From an uncultured Balneolaceae bacterium (GTDB taxonomy: Bacteria > Bacteroidota > Rhodothermia > Balneolales > Balneolaceae), in assembly GCA_964413935.1 (NCBI GenBank), contig CAYPTY010000016.1, forward strand, positions 1,086-65,085: DNA of 64,000 nucleotides. The letters run 5' to 3'. This document shows, one piece after another, positions 37,776 through 47,010 of the stretch. Position 1 is the first letter of the stretch, and every line of letters starts with the position of its first letter. The translations under genes were made by a program, and so were the position numbers. The notes below the pieces were generated by a model. It saw only the letters and a list, made by a program, of their open reading frames with translations. It was not told where the DNA came from and did not search any database.

Positions 37776-39083
37776 ATGCCTTACAATCGTGATATGTATA
37801 CCACCGGTTTTTACAAGGAACCGGCTCCACATTTTGAAGGGGAATCCCCTTTCCAGTCAATGATGGAAAGATTCCGTTTTGCTGCAGAACTTTTGGAACT
37901 TGATGAAGGTATGTTTCAATACCTGGCCAGTCCTGAAAAAGTAGTAATGGTTTCTGTACCGGTAGTAATGGATAGCGGAAAAATTAATGTTTTTGAGGGA
38001 TATCGCGTTATTCACGACTCTGTACTGGGTCCATCAAAAGGCGGCCTTCGTTATTCTCCGGATGTAACGCTGGATGAAGTCAAAGCCCTTGCAGCCTGGA
38101 TGACATGGAAGTGCGCTATTGTGAATGTACCATTTGGGGGTGCTAAGGGTGGTATTCGGGTTAATCCGAAATCTCTTTCAGCCACTGAGCTTGAGCGTTT
38201 AACTAGGCGGTATACCTCCAACATGCTGGAAGTTTTTGGTCCTGACCGCGACATACCTGCTCCGGATATGAATACCAATGAGCAGATCATGGCCTGGATT
38301 ATGGATACCTACAGTATGCATAATAAGAAGACGGAAAAAGCGGTGGTAACCGGTAAGCCCATTATCCTTGGGGGCTCTCAGGGAAGACGTGAAGCTACCG
38401 GACGGGGCGTCATCACTGTAACTGTAGCAGCACTTAATAAACTGGGTTTATCGCCAAGTAAGTCGACGGTGGTGGTCCAGGGATTCGGCAATGTGGGATC
38501 TATTTCTGCCAAACTGATTTATGAGCAGGGTGCCAAGGTTATTGGAATCAGTGATATCACTGGTGGTTACTTTAACAAAGATGGCATCGACATACCAAAA
38601 GCCATTCAGCATTATGTATCCAATGGAAATTCGCTGGAAGGTTTTGATGGAGCCCAACAAATTTCAAATGAAGAACTGCTGGAACTGGAGTGCGATGTGC
38701 TTATCCCTGCAGCCAAGGAAGACCAGATCAGCAAATTGAATGCTGCGAATATCAAAGCCCGAATAATTTCAGAAGGTGCCAACGGCCCGGTAACCGCTAA
38801 TGCGGATCGAATCCTGGACGATAAGGGTATTATGATTATCCCGGACATTCTTGCGAATGCCGGCGGTGTTACCGTTTCCTATTTCGAATGGGTGCAAGAC
38901 CGGCAAGGTTATTTCTGGACCGAGGAACGCGTTAACCGCAGGTTAAACCGGATGATGCGGGAAGCTTTTGATAACATGTTTAAAGTCAGCGAAGAATATA
39001 ATATTACCCTGCGACAGGCAGCCTACGTTTACGCTATACGAAGAGTGGCTGACACCCTGTTGCTTCGCGGGATCTATGCCTGA
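37776..39083 (+). CDS. gdhA: Glutamate dehydrogenase (Glu/Leu/Phe/Val dehydrogenase family)
   Basis: 435 aa with the catalytic motif VPFGGAKGGI and the Rossmann motif VVVQGFGNVG. Confidence 0.93.
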   Translation: MPYNRDMYTTGFYKEPAPHFEGESPFQSMMERFRFAAELLELDEGMFQYLASPEKVVMVSVPVVMDSGKINVFEGYRVIHDSVLGPSKGGLRYSPDVTLDEVKALAAWMTWKCAIVNVPFGGAKGGIRVNPKSLSATELERLTRRYTSNMLEVFGPDRDIPAPDMNTNEQIMAWIMDTYSMHNKKTEKAVVTGKPIILGGSQGRREATGRGVITVTVAALNKLGLSPSKSTVVVQGFGNVGSISAKLIYEQGAKVIGISDITGGYFNKDGIDIPKAIQHYVSNGNSLEGFDGAQQISNEELLELECDVLIPAAKEDQISKLNAANIKARIISEGANGPVTANADRILDDKGIMIIPDILANAGGVTVSYFEWVQDRQGYFWTEERVNRRLNRMMREAFDNMFKVSEEYNITLRQAAYVYAIRRVADTLLLRGIYA

Positions 39084-39084
39084 T

Positions 39085-39486
39085 ATGAGTTATACCCAAT
39101 CGATCGAATTTAAATCAACATTTGAAGAAGTAGAAAAGCTGGAAGCTTTTCTGAATAACCTTCAGAAAGAACTCGACTTCGACAATGAGTATTATGCCAA
39201 ACTGATGCTTGTGGTAAGCGAAGCCGTTACCAACAGCATTATGCATGGCAATAAGCAGGATGCATCAAAAAAAGTATTTGTGGAGGCTGTTGCTAATGGG
39301 GCAGGCATCAGTTTTACTATTCAGGATGAAGGCGATGGCTTTGAGCCGGAAGATCTTCCGGACCCATTAGCGCAGGAAAACTTACTCAAGACTGGCGGCA
39401 GAGGCGTTTTTCTGATGAATGAGTATGCGGATGAAGTGGAGTATTCCGATAAAGGAAATACGCTGAAACTTCGCTTCGACTATTAG
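39085..39486 (+). CDS. RsbW/SpoIIAB-like anti-sigma factor serine kinase (HATPase_c)
   Basis: N-box EAVTNSIMHGN, G1 box DEGDGF and G2 box GGRGVFLM. The start is 1 nt after the gdh stop, and an alternative ATG at 39076 overlaps gdh. Confidence 0.7.
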   Translation: MSYTQSIEFKSTFEEVEKLEAFLNNLQKELDFDNEYYAKLMLVVSEAVTNSIMHGNKQDASKKVFVEAVANGAGISFTIQDEGDGFEPEDLPDPLAQENLLKTGGRGVFLMNEYADEVEYSDKGNTLKLRFDY

Positions 39487-39514
39487 AGAAAAAGCTGCTT
39501 AAACGAGCATAAAC

Positions 39515-39545
39515 AAAAAAGGCGATGTTTCCATCGCCTTTTCAG
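39515..39545. terminator. Bidirectional intrinsic terminator
   Basis: AAAAAA, then stem GGCGATG with a 4-nt loop and CATCGCC, then TTTT. It sits between the convergent RsbW-like gene and trxA. Confidence 0.75.
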
Positions 39546-39562
39546 TTTTATAAAGCTTTGTT

Positions 39563-39889
39563 TTATACCAGTTGGGCATCAAGCTGAGCCTTAAGCTGCG
39601 GTTTTGGGACCGCACCAATAATCTGGTCTACAATCTGTCCGTTTTTGAAGATCAGCAGGGTTGGGATGCTGCGGATACCAAACTTCACGGATACTTCCGG
39701 ATTGTGGTCCACATTCACCTTACCTATTTTTACCTGACCTTCATACTCACCGGCCAGTTCTTCAACGATTGGGCCGATCATGCGGCATGGACCACACCAT
39801 TCTGCCCAGAAATCAACGAGTACCGGATGATCAGATCCAAGTACCTCAGCTTCAAAATTTGAATCGGTAAATTCGATTGGTTTACCCAT
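39563..39889 (-). CDS. trxA: Thioredoxin
   Basis: 108 aa with the WCGPC active site. Confidence 0.95.
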   Translation of the reverse strand: MGKPIEFTDSNFEAEVLGSDHPVLVDFWAEWCGPCRMIGPIVEELAGEYEGQVKIGKVNVDHNPEVSVKFGIRSIPTLLIFKNGQIVDQIIGAVPKPQLKAQLDAQLV

Positions 39890-40003
39890 AATTGTTTCCT
39901 TGTTTAGGTTAGTTTTTTCAAAATCTGATCAATGATACTAATCGCCTGGCTAACAATCATATCACTATTAATTATCATCCCAATTACCTCAAAAACCAGG
40001 GCT

Positions 40004-43000
40004 TCAGTTCATGCTCAGTAGCACGTTAGTTTCATCCAGAATAGCGCGGAGCGACTTTAACAACTCATCATTCGGATCAACCACAAACTTGCGCACATTC
40101 ATGCTGAAGGGTCTCTTGGCCTCAGCACTGTGAATGCTGAATTTCACGGTTGTCTCTCCTTTATTCACTGAAAAAAGGGTGGCAATCTGATCCAGTTCAG
40201 GTTTTGATATAGCCGCAGTATCGATATTCAATTTCAGAACCAGCTTATTGGCGAATTTTTCCCTGAGATTTTCAACTCTGTCAAAAGAATTCGCAATGAG
40301 TTTTGGCTGACCGCTTTTATTGTCGATGTAGCCACTCATCAACAGAACATTATCCACCTGAAGAATACCCATATGCCGGTCATAGATCTCACTGAAGGCT
40401 ATTACCTCGATGGATCCATGCTGGTCTTCTGCCTGAATGAATGCAAAGGGCCGGCCCTTACGGTCTGTTACCTTTCGGACGGCGGTAATAATGGCCACAA
40501 ACTGTGCATCGCTGCGTTCTGCAAGTTGAGATAATTTATCTGAGTTCAGCTTGTGTGTGGAGAATAGTTCGATGTCATCTTTATAACGGTCCAGCGGGTG
40601 ACCACTCAGGTAAAAACCAATGTATTCTCTTTCCTTATTGAGTCTTTCGATGGTGGTCCATGGATGAACAGGCCGAAGTTTAGGCTGTTGCTGAAGATTT
40701 CCGCCGGCACTTGCTCCTCCAAACAAGCTGGCCTGATTCAATCGCTTGTCTTCAGCAATACGGGCACCATAAGCAAGAATATCATCCATGCTTTCAACAA
40801 GCTGAGCTCTGTTCGGGTCGATGGAATCGAAAGCCCCTGCAAACATCAGGCTTTCTAGGGTTTTCTTATTGCAAATTTTGGGATCAACCCTACTCACAAA
40901 ATCAAATATGCTGGTGAAATGGCCCTCTTCCCTTGCTTCCGCTATTTCCTCAATAGCCTGTTCACCCACGCCTTTGATCGCAGCAAGTCCATACTGAATT
41001 CGTCCTTCCTTTACCACAAACCGGCTTTCGCCGGTGTTCACGTTGGGAGCATCCACAGCAATTCCCATCCTGCTGCTTTCCTCAATGAAGAAGGACACTT
41101 TTTTGATGTCTTTCATATTGTGGCTGAGTACCGCTGCCATATATTCTGCCGGGTAATTGGCTTTGAAATACATGGTTTGATAAGCCACCACCGAATAGGC
41201 TGCCGAATGCGATTTGTTAAAACCGTAGCTGGCAAACATTTCCATTTTGTCGAAAATGTTCATGGCTGTTTCTTCGTCCACCCCGTTAGCAGAAGCCCCT
41301 TCAATGAACTTGGGTTTTTCTGCCTCCATTACCTCACGCTTTTTCTTACCCATGGCACGGCGAAGTAAATCCGCTTGGCCGAGCGAATAGCCTGCGAGTT
41401 TCTGGGCTACATTCATGATCTGTTCCTGATAGATCATAATGCCAAAGGTGGGTTCAAGAATATCCTGAATCAACTCATGCGGGTAATCCGGTTCCTCCTT
41501 ACCATGCTTTCGGTTAATATAATCCGGTATAAACTGCATCGGACCCGGCCGGTAGAGGGCATTCATGGCAATAAGGTCGTTGATGTTGGTTGGTTTGAGG
41601 TCTTTGAGATACTTCCGCATCCCGTCACTCTCAAACTGGAATGTGCCTATGGTTCCGCCCTTCTGATAGAGTTTGTAGGTATTTTCATCATCCAGCGGGA
41701 TGTCGTCCAGATTGTACTCCTTCCCGTGGATCTCTTTGACATACTGAATGGTGGTTTTGAGGATGGATAAGGTTTTCAGGCCCAGAAAATCCATCTTCAG
41801 CATGCCGGCATCTTCAATTACCGAGCCGTCGAACTGGGTGGATACTAGATCCGCGTCTTTTGCGGTTGATACAGGAATGTATTCGGTGAGGTCATCCGGT
41901 GCGATAATCACACCGGCCGCATGGATGCCGGTATTCCGTATTGAACCCTCCAGTACACGGGCCATTTTGAGGGTATTGCTCTGCTTGTCAGTTCCCTTTT
42001 CAATCTCGACCAGCTCCTTGACTTCATCAAAAGCCTGGTCCAGTGTTGTACCCGGACGTTCTGGTACCAGTTTCGCGATGCGGTCAGCTTCCGGAAGGGG
42101 CAGATCGAGTACGCGGGCTACATCCCGAACAGAGGAACGTGCAGCCATGGAACCAAAAGTGATAATGTGAGCCACCTGGTTTTTACCATACTTGTCGACA
42201 ACATAATCGATGACTTTCTGCCGGCCTTCATCATCAAAATCGATATCAATATCGGGCATGCTCACCCTTTCAGGATTCAGAAAACGCTCAAAAAGCAGAT
42301 CATATTTAATCGGATCGATGTTGGTTATACCGATGCAGTAGGCAACCACTGAACCGGCTGCTGATCCCCTTCCCGGCCCTACAAACACTCCCATTTTTTT
42401 GGCAGCGGCGATGAAATCCTGCACAATCAGGAAGTACCCCGCAAAACCCATCGATAGTATGATTTCCAGTTCATGGTTGATGCGGTCTTCCACATCGCCT
42501 TCGATCATTGTGTAACGCTCTTTCGCCCCTTCGAAAGACAGATACTTTAGGTACTCGTCTTCCGTGCTGAAGCCCTCCGGCAACTCGAAATTGGGCAATA
42601 TCACATCCCTTGCCAGACTGTAGGGCTCAATTTTGTCAGCAATTTCAATTGTGTGGTTCAATGCTTCCGGCAGATCAGGAAACAGGGCCAGCATGTCTTC
42701 TTTCGACTTGAAATAAAACTCCTGATTCGGGAAGCCAAAACGAAATCCTCTGCCCTTACCCACCGGGGTATCGACCAGCTCTCCATTGTCAATACATATC
42801 AGTGCATCATGAGCATCGGCATCCACCTGATTGAGATAAAAGGTATTGTTCGTGGCAACAAGTTTGACATCATGCTTGGCAGCGAAGCGTTTGAAGATTT
42901 CGGTTACTGCCTTTTCCTCTTCCAGACCGTGTTTGTTAATCTCCAGATAAAAATCATCCCCAAAAATACCTTTCCACCAGAGCAGGGCTTCCTCGGCATA

Positions 43001-44206
43001 TTCCTCTCCGCGATTCAGAGCAAGATCAGCAATTTCTCCCAAAACACCTCCACTAAGACAAATCAAATCAGAAGCATATTTTTCGATCAACTCCCGGTCG
43101 ATTCGGGGAAACTTATAATAATAGCCTTCGGTGAAGGCCAGAGAGCTCAGTTTTGCCAGATTTTTATAGCCATTCAGATTTTTAGCGAGGAAGGGTACCT
43201 GATAGCGCTTATCCTTGTGGTCTTTGGTGAATTTCTTCTTATGCCGGTCTTCCACTACATAAAATTCACAACCCACGATGGGTTTTATCCCCGCTTTTTC
43301 GGCTGCGCTAACAAATGCAAAGGCACCATACATATTACCCAGATCAGTAAGAGCAACAGCATCCATGCCGAAATCTTTGGCTTTCTGAACCAGTTCGTTA
43401 ACTCCGCTGGTTGCCTGCAGAACGGAGTATTTTGAATGGTTGTGAAGGTGCACAAAATCGACATCATCGGTCTTGAGCTTCCTGCTTTTGGTTATCCCGG
43501 TATCTTGCTCATCTTCAGTTTCATTCTTTGCAGAATGCAGCCTGGTCGGCGATTCAAAATCTATATAGTGATCTCGTACGATGTAGCTTGCGGAGGTGCC
43601 GCTCAACCCAAAATCCGCCGGAAAGGTTACGTTTATAACTCCAATATGAACCAGCTCCAGAAAAGCCCGTGTGGTTGCCTCCACATCTGCAGCGGCATCA
43701 TGAGCATCATCGAAACCTTCTCCGAACAGTTTTTCATGCAACTCTGTAAGTGTAGGCCATTTGAAACCTCCGCCTCTGCCCCCAGGTATCTGGCAGTAAT
43801 CTGTCGCATCATCTTTGGTATCAATTTTCGGGAGATCCATCAGAGGGGTCTCAACCCCCATTCTGATAAACTCAGCACCCATCACCATCTCATCAAAATT
43901 GATGTTATGGCCAATAACAAAGGTTGTTTTCTCCAGATCCTCATTAAATCGCTCAAGGACTTTTGTAAGTAAATGCCCTTCATCAAGTGCCCGCTGGGTT
44001 GAAATACCGTGCACCTTTTCTGCGTTAAATGGAATGGTGAATCCATCAGGCCGGATTATATAGTTCCCACCGGACAGGTATTTTCCGGTATGATCATGCA
44101 GCTGCCAGGCCAGCTGAACCACACGGGGCCAGTTATCGAGATCGGTTACCGGGGCTGAGTAATTTTGGGGAAGTCCGGTGGTTTCCGTATCGAAAATTAA
44201 ATACAT
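40004..44206 (-). CDS. dnaE: DNA polymerase III alpha subunit with an N-terminal DEDDh 3'-5' exonuclease domain
   Basis: 1400 aa. Residues 1-190 carry Exo I (IFDTETTGL), Exo II (GHNINFDEMV) and Exo III (HDAAADVEA). The PHP domain starts near residue 250 (FVHLHNHSKYS), followed by the Pol III alpha core and the OB-fold C-terminus. Confidence 0.95.
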   Translation of the reverse strand: MYLIFDTETTGLPQNYSAPVTDLDNWPRVVQLAWQLHDHTGKYLSGGNYIIRPDGFTIPFNAEKVHGISTQRALDEGHLLTKVLERFNEDLEKTTFVIGHNINFDEMVMGAEFIRMGVETPLMDLPKIDTKDDATDYCQIPGGRGGGFKWPTLTELHEKLFGEGFDDAHDAAADVEATTRAFLELVHIGVINVTFPADFGLSGTSASYIVRDHYIDFESPTRLHSAKNETEDEQDTGITKSRKLKTDDVDFVHLHNHSKYSVLQATSGVNELVQKAKDFGMDAVALTDLGNMYGAFAFVSAAEKAGIKPIVGCEFYVVEDRHKKKFTKDHKDKRYQVPFLAKNLNGYKNLAKLSSLAFTEGYYYKFPRIDRELIEKYASDLICLSGGVLGEIADLALNRGEEYAEEALLWWKGIFGDDFYLEINKHGLEEEKAVTEIFKRFAAKHDVKLVATNNTFYLNQVDADAHDALICIDNGELVDTPVGKGRGFRFGFPNQEFYFKSKEDMLALFPDLPEALNHTIEIADKIEPYSLARDVILPNFELPEGFSTEDEYLKYLSFEGAKERYTMIEGDVEDRINHELEIILSMGFAGYFLIVQDFIAAAKKMGVFVGPGRGSAAGSVVAYCIGITNIDPIKYDLLFERFLNPERVSMPDIDIDFDDEGRQKVIDYVVDKYGKNQVAHIITFGSMAARSSVRDVARVLDLPLPEADRIAKLVPERPGTTLDQAFDEVKELVEIEKGTDKQSNTLKMARVLEGSIRNTGIHAAGVIIAPDDLTEYIPVSTAKDADLVSTQFDGSVIEDAGMLKMDFLGLKTLSILKTTIQYVKEIHGKEYNLDDIPLDDENTYKLYQKGGTIGTFQFESDGMRKYLKDLKPTNINDLIAMNALYRPGPMQFIPDYINRKHGKEEPDYPHELIQDILEPTFGIMIYQEQIMNVAQKLAGYSLGQADLLRRAMGKKKREVMEAEKPKFIEGASANGVDEETAMNIFDKMEMFASYGFNKSHSAAYSVVAYQTMYFKANYPAEYMAAVLSHNMKDIKKVSFFIEESSRMGIAVDAPNVNTGESRFVVKEGRIQYGLAAIKGVGEQAIEEIAEAREEGHFTSIFDFVSRVDPKICNKKTLESLMFAGAFDSIDPNRAQLVESMDDILAYGARIAEDKRLNQASLFGGASAGGNLQQQPKLRPVHPWTTIERLNKEREYIGFYLSGHPLDRYKDDIELFSTHKLNSDKLSQLAERSDAQFVAIITAVRKVTDRKGRPFAFIQAEDQHGSIEVIAFSEIYDRHMGILQVDNVLLMSGYIDNKSGQPKLIANSFDRVENLREKFANKLVLKLNIDTAAISKPELDQIATLFSVNKGETTVKFSIHSAEAKRPFSMNVRKFVVDPNDELLKSLRAILDETNVLLSMN

Positions 44207-44299
44207 GAATTAGTGTAAAACTGAGGTCTGTAGTTTGAATTCCTAAGATGGTAGCTGTAAACTAACAAACTCCTAAACCATGAAACATTCAACAACAAA

Positions 44300-45025
44300 A
44301 TGAAGAAATTTTTAATTACTCTTTTTGCAATTGTCATCGCAACAACTTTAGTAACCGCACAGAGCAATCAAGACGCGCAAAGGTCTCAGGCCGATGAAAC
44401 CCTAATCCGGGATGTAGGCGGCGTAATCCCGGTACGACCCAAAGAAGTTCTGTCTGGCACCCCCTATTTAAGCGAACGCTTCAGACTCGGCCGTGTGCTC
44501 TTTGGGAAGAACGCCACCAGTGAAGTCATCGAGATGGATTATAATGTGTATACCAATCAGGTTCATTACATGGAAAACGGCCAGCTGATGGCACTGGATT
44601 TCAATCAGATCGATGGTTTTGTATTTCTGGACCTTACTACTCAGGAAGTAATGGAAACCTACCGAACCGGTGAGGTGGACCCGGATCTTAAGATCACACA
44701 AAACACTCCGCTAAAGGTAATTTATGACGGAAAGATTAAGCTCTACGAACACTATGATACCTATATTAACGAGATCAAGAACAGTTACACCGGTATCAAC
44801 ACAAAAAAATATGTGAGTAAGCAATACATTGTGTTTAAGGATTTCGATGGAGAAATGGAGCGTATCAAGCTCAAAAAGAAAGATTTCCTGAAGAAAGTGA
44901 TCGACAAAAAATACAAGAAACAAATGGATCAGTTTATCAAGCAGAACGACCTCAATATGAAGTCTGAAGCTGATGCTAAATTGTTTCTTGCTCAGTACGA
45001 AAATCTCGTTTCTGAAAACAGCTGA
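44300..45025 (+). CDS. Secreted hypothetical protein
   Basis: Signal peptide (MKKFLITLFAIVIATTLVTAQ), a Lys-rich C-terminus and AT-rich coding sequence. I recognise no family. Confidence 0.5.
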   Translation: MKKFLITLFAIVIATTLVTAQSNQDAQRSQADETLIRDVGGVIPVRPKEVLSGTPYLSERFRLGRVLFGKNATSEVIEMDYNVYTNQVHYMENGQLMALDFNQIDGFVFLDLTTQEVMETYRTGEVDPDLKITQNTPLKVIYDGKIKLYEHYDTYINEIKNSYTGINTKKYVSKQYIVFKDFDGEMERIKLKKKDFLKKVIDKKYKKQMDQFIKQNDLNMKSEADAKLFLAQYENLVSENS

Positions 45026-45037
45026 TTAACTAAAGGA

Positions 45038-45973
45038 ATGACCCTAACCCAGCTTTCATACATCGTGGCGGTAGATAAATACCGCCACTTTGCTACGGCT
45101 GCTCAGAAGATTTACATCACTCAGCCAACCCTGAGTATGCAAATTCAAAAGCTGGAAGATGAACTTGGAGTCCGAATATTCGATCGCTCCAAATCCCCTG
45201 TTATTCCTACTCAAATAGGGGAAAAAATTATTGAACAGGCTAAAGTAATCCTCAGTGGAGCCAAGCACATCGAGGATATTGTGGCCATGAATCAGGATGA
45301 AATAAAGGGCAATTTCACCATCGGAATAATCCCTACCGTGGCACCCTATCTGATTCCACTCTTCCTCAAAAAATTTACCGATGCCTATCCTAATGTAAAG
45401 CTGACCTTTGAAGAGGCACTTACTGCCGATATTGTCAGTGGTTTGAATGAAGACCATTTCGATGCGGGCATCATTGCTACTCCACCCCAGAATCCTCAGA
45501 TTCATGAAATCGAACTTTTTCTGGAACCATTTCTGGCATACGTTTCCATTAATCATCCCCTGGCCAAAAAGAAAAAACTGGAAATTGCCGATCTGGATAC
45601 AGCCGATTTATGGCTGCTGAATGAGGGGCACTGTTTCCGTGATCAGTCGATTAAAATCTGTAAAAAATCGAATGAGAAACTTCGCAATTCTCAGATATCA
45701 TTTGAATCCGGCAATCTTGAAACCCTGAAAAGACTGGTCGAGCAGGAATACGGCATGACTCTGATGCCCTACCTTGCAGTTAACGAACACGACACACAGT
45801 GCTCGGTTGCAGAGCTGAAGGAATTTATTAGTCCGGTTCCAAGTCGACGCATCCGACTGGTATACACCCGTGAAATCCTGAAGCAACATATGATTCGCGC
45901 TTTCGCTGACGAAATCACAGCCTCGATTCCTGAAGAATTACGCACTCAGGAAGAAGAAATGGTGGTCGAATAA
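45038..45973 (+). CDS. oxyR: LysR family regulator, OxyR-like
   Basis: LysR-type HTH (FATAAQKIYITQPTLSMQIQKLE). The redox-Cys context NEGHCFRDQSIKIC parallels E. coli OxyR GHCLRDQ...C (Cys199/Cys208). Confidence 0.8.
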   Translation: MTLTQLSYIVAVDKYRHFATAAQKIYITQPTLSMQIQKLEDELGVRIFDRSKSPVIPTQIGEKIIEQAKVILSGAKHIEDIVAMNQDEIKGNFTIGIIPTVAPYLIPLFLKKFTDAYPNVKLTFEEALTADIVSGLNEDHFDAGIIATPPQNPQIHEIELFLEPFLAYVSINHPLAKKKKLEIADLDTADLWLLNEGHCFRDQSIKICKKSNEKLRNSQISFESGNLETLKRLVEQEYGMTLMPYLAVNEHDTQCSVAELKEFISPVPSRRIRLVYTREILKQHMIRAFADEITASIPEELRTQEEEMVVE

Positions 45974-45978
45974 AATGA

Positions 45979-47010
45979 ATGGTGACACAAGCTGTCACGT
46001 TCAATACCTACCTTAGTCACATGCTTACAATCAACAAAGCCGGATACAGCGGAATTCTGATTCCCGAGCTGAATATTGGGCTGGATTATTCCGGTACCCG
46101 GGCCGATTTCGTCTTTATCTCTCATGCACATACCGATCACATGCCCCGCAAAAAAGGCATGAATATATTTGCCACCGCACCAACGGCAAAACTGATGAAA
46201 CTGCGCGGCTTCAATGATCCTGTAACCGTAGTACCTTATGGCCAGCCTTTTGAAACTTCTGAGTTCAAAGTCACTTTCTTCCCAGCCGGCCACATTCTGG
46301 GATCTGCACTCACCTTTATCGAAAGTAAAAAGGGAAATGTACTCTACACCGGGGATTACCGCACTCCTCCATCACCTGCAACTGAGGGATTTGAACTTCC
46401 AAAAGGGCAGATTGATCATTTCATCACAGAAGCGACCTTTGCATTACCCATATACAAATGGGCTTCCCATGATGAACTGAAGAAACAAGTGCTTGTTTTT
46501 GCTGAAGATGCCCTTTCTGAAGGTTATACACCCATTTTTCAGGCTTATAATCTGGGTAAGGCTCAGGAACTGATGTACTGGTTGAAGGAGCTGGATCATC
46601 CTATGCAGATTCACGGAGCCGGTTATAAACTCTGCGGTGTATATGAGGAATTTGGCTTCGACCTCGGTAACTATGAAAGCTATAACCGCAGTACCTGTGA
46701 GGGTAACATTCTGATCGCTCCCGGTTCAGCCATCGGAAATGGTTTTGCCTCAAACCTAAAGAAAACCCGCTTTGCCTACTGCAGCGGCTGGGCGGCACAT
46801 GAATCGAGGAGAACCCAGCTTACCGCTGATTCGCTTATCCCTTTGTCTGATCATCTCGATTTTTTTGAACTGATTGATGTCTGCAAGAAGTTAAAACCGG
46901 GTCTCGTGCATGTCACGCATACCCCCAACCCGGATGTGGTACAACATTTCCTGCAGGCTGAAGGTATTAAATCCACTTTTCTGGATCTGGAGGTAGAAAC
47001 GAATGACTGA
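45979..47010 (+). CDS. Ligase-associated DNA damage response exonuclease (metallo-beta-lactamase/beta-CASP fold)
   Basis: HxHxDH motif (ISHAHTDH), followed directly by and overlapping an ATP-dependent ligase. An alternative start lies at 46021 (MLTINKAGY). Confidence 0.8.
   Translation: MVTQAVTFNTYLSHMLTINKAGYSGILIPELNIGLDYSGTRADFVFISHAHTDHMPRKKGMNIFATAPTAKLMKLRGFNDPVTVVPYGQPFETSEFKVTFFPAGHILGSALTFIESKKGNVLYTGDYRTPPSPATEGFELPKGQIDHFITEATFALPIYKWASHDELKKQVLVFAEDALSEGYTPIFQAYNLGKAQELMYWLKELDHPMQIHGAGYKLCGVYEEFGFDLGNYESYNRSTCEGNILIAPGSAIGNGFASNLKKTRFAYCSGWAAHESRRTQLTADSLIPLSDHLDFFELIDVCKKLKPGLVHVTHTPNPDVVQHFLQAEGIKSTFLDLEVETND

Noticed and set aside
42653-43972. Long plus-strand ORFs (260 aa and 178 aa, plus several others between 40598 and 44063) antisense to dnaE
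   Set aside because: The whole region is covered by a continuous 1400-aa DnaE frame with conserved motifs. The antisense frames are low-complexity shadows.
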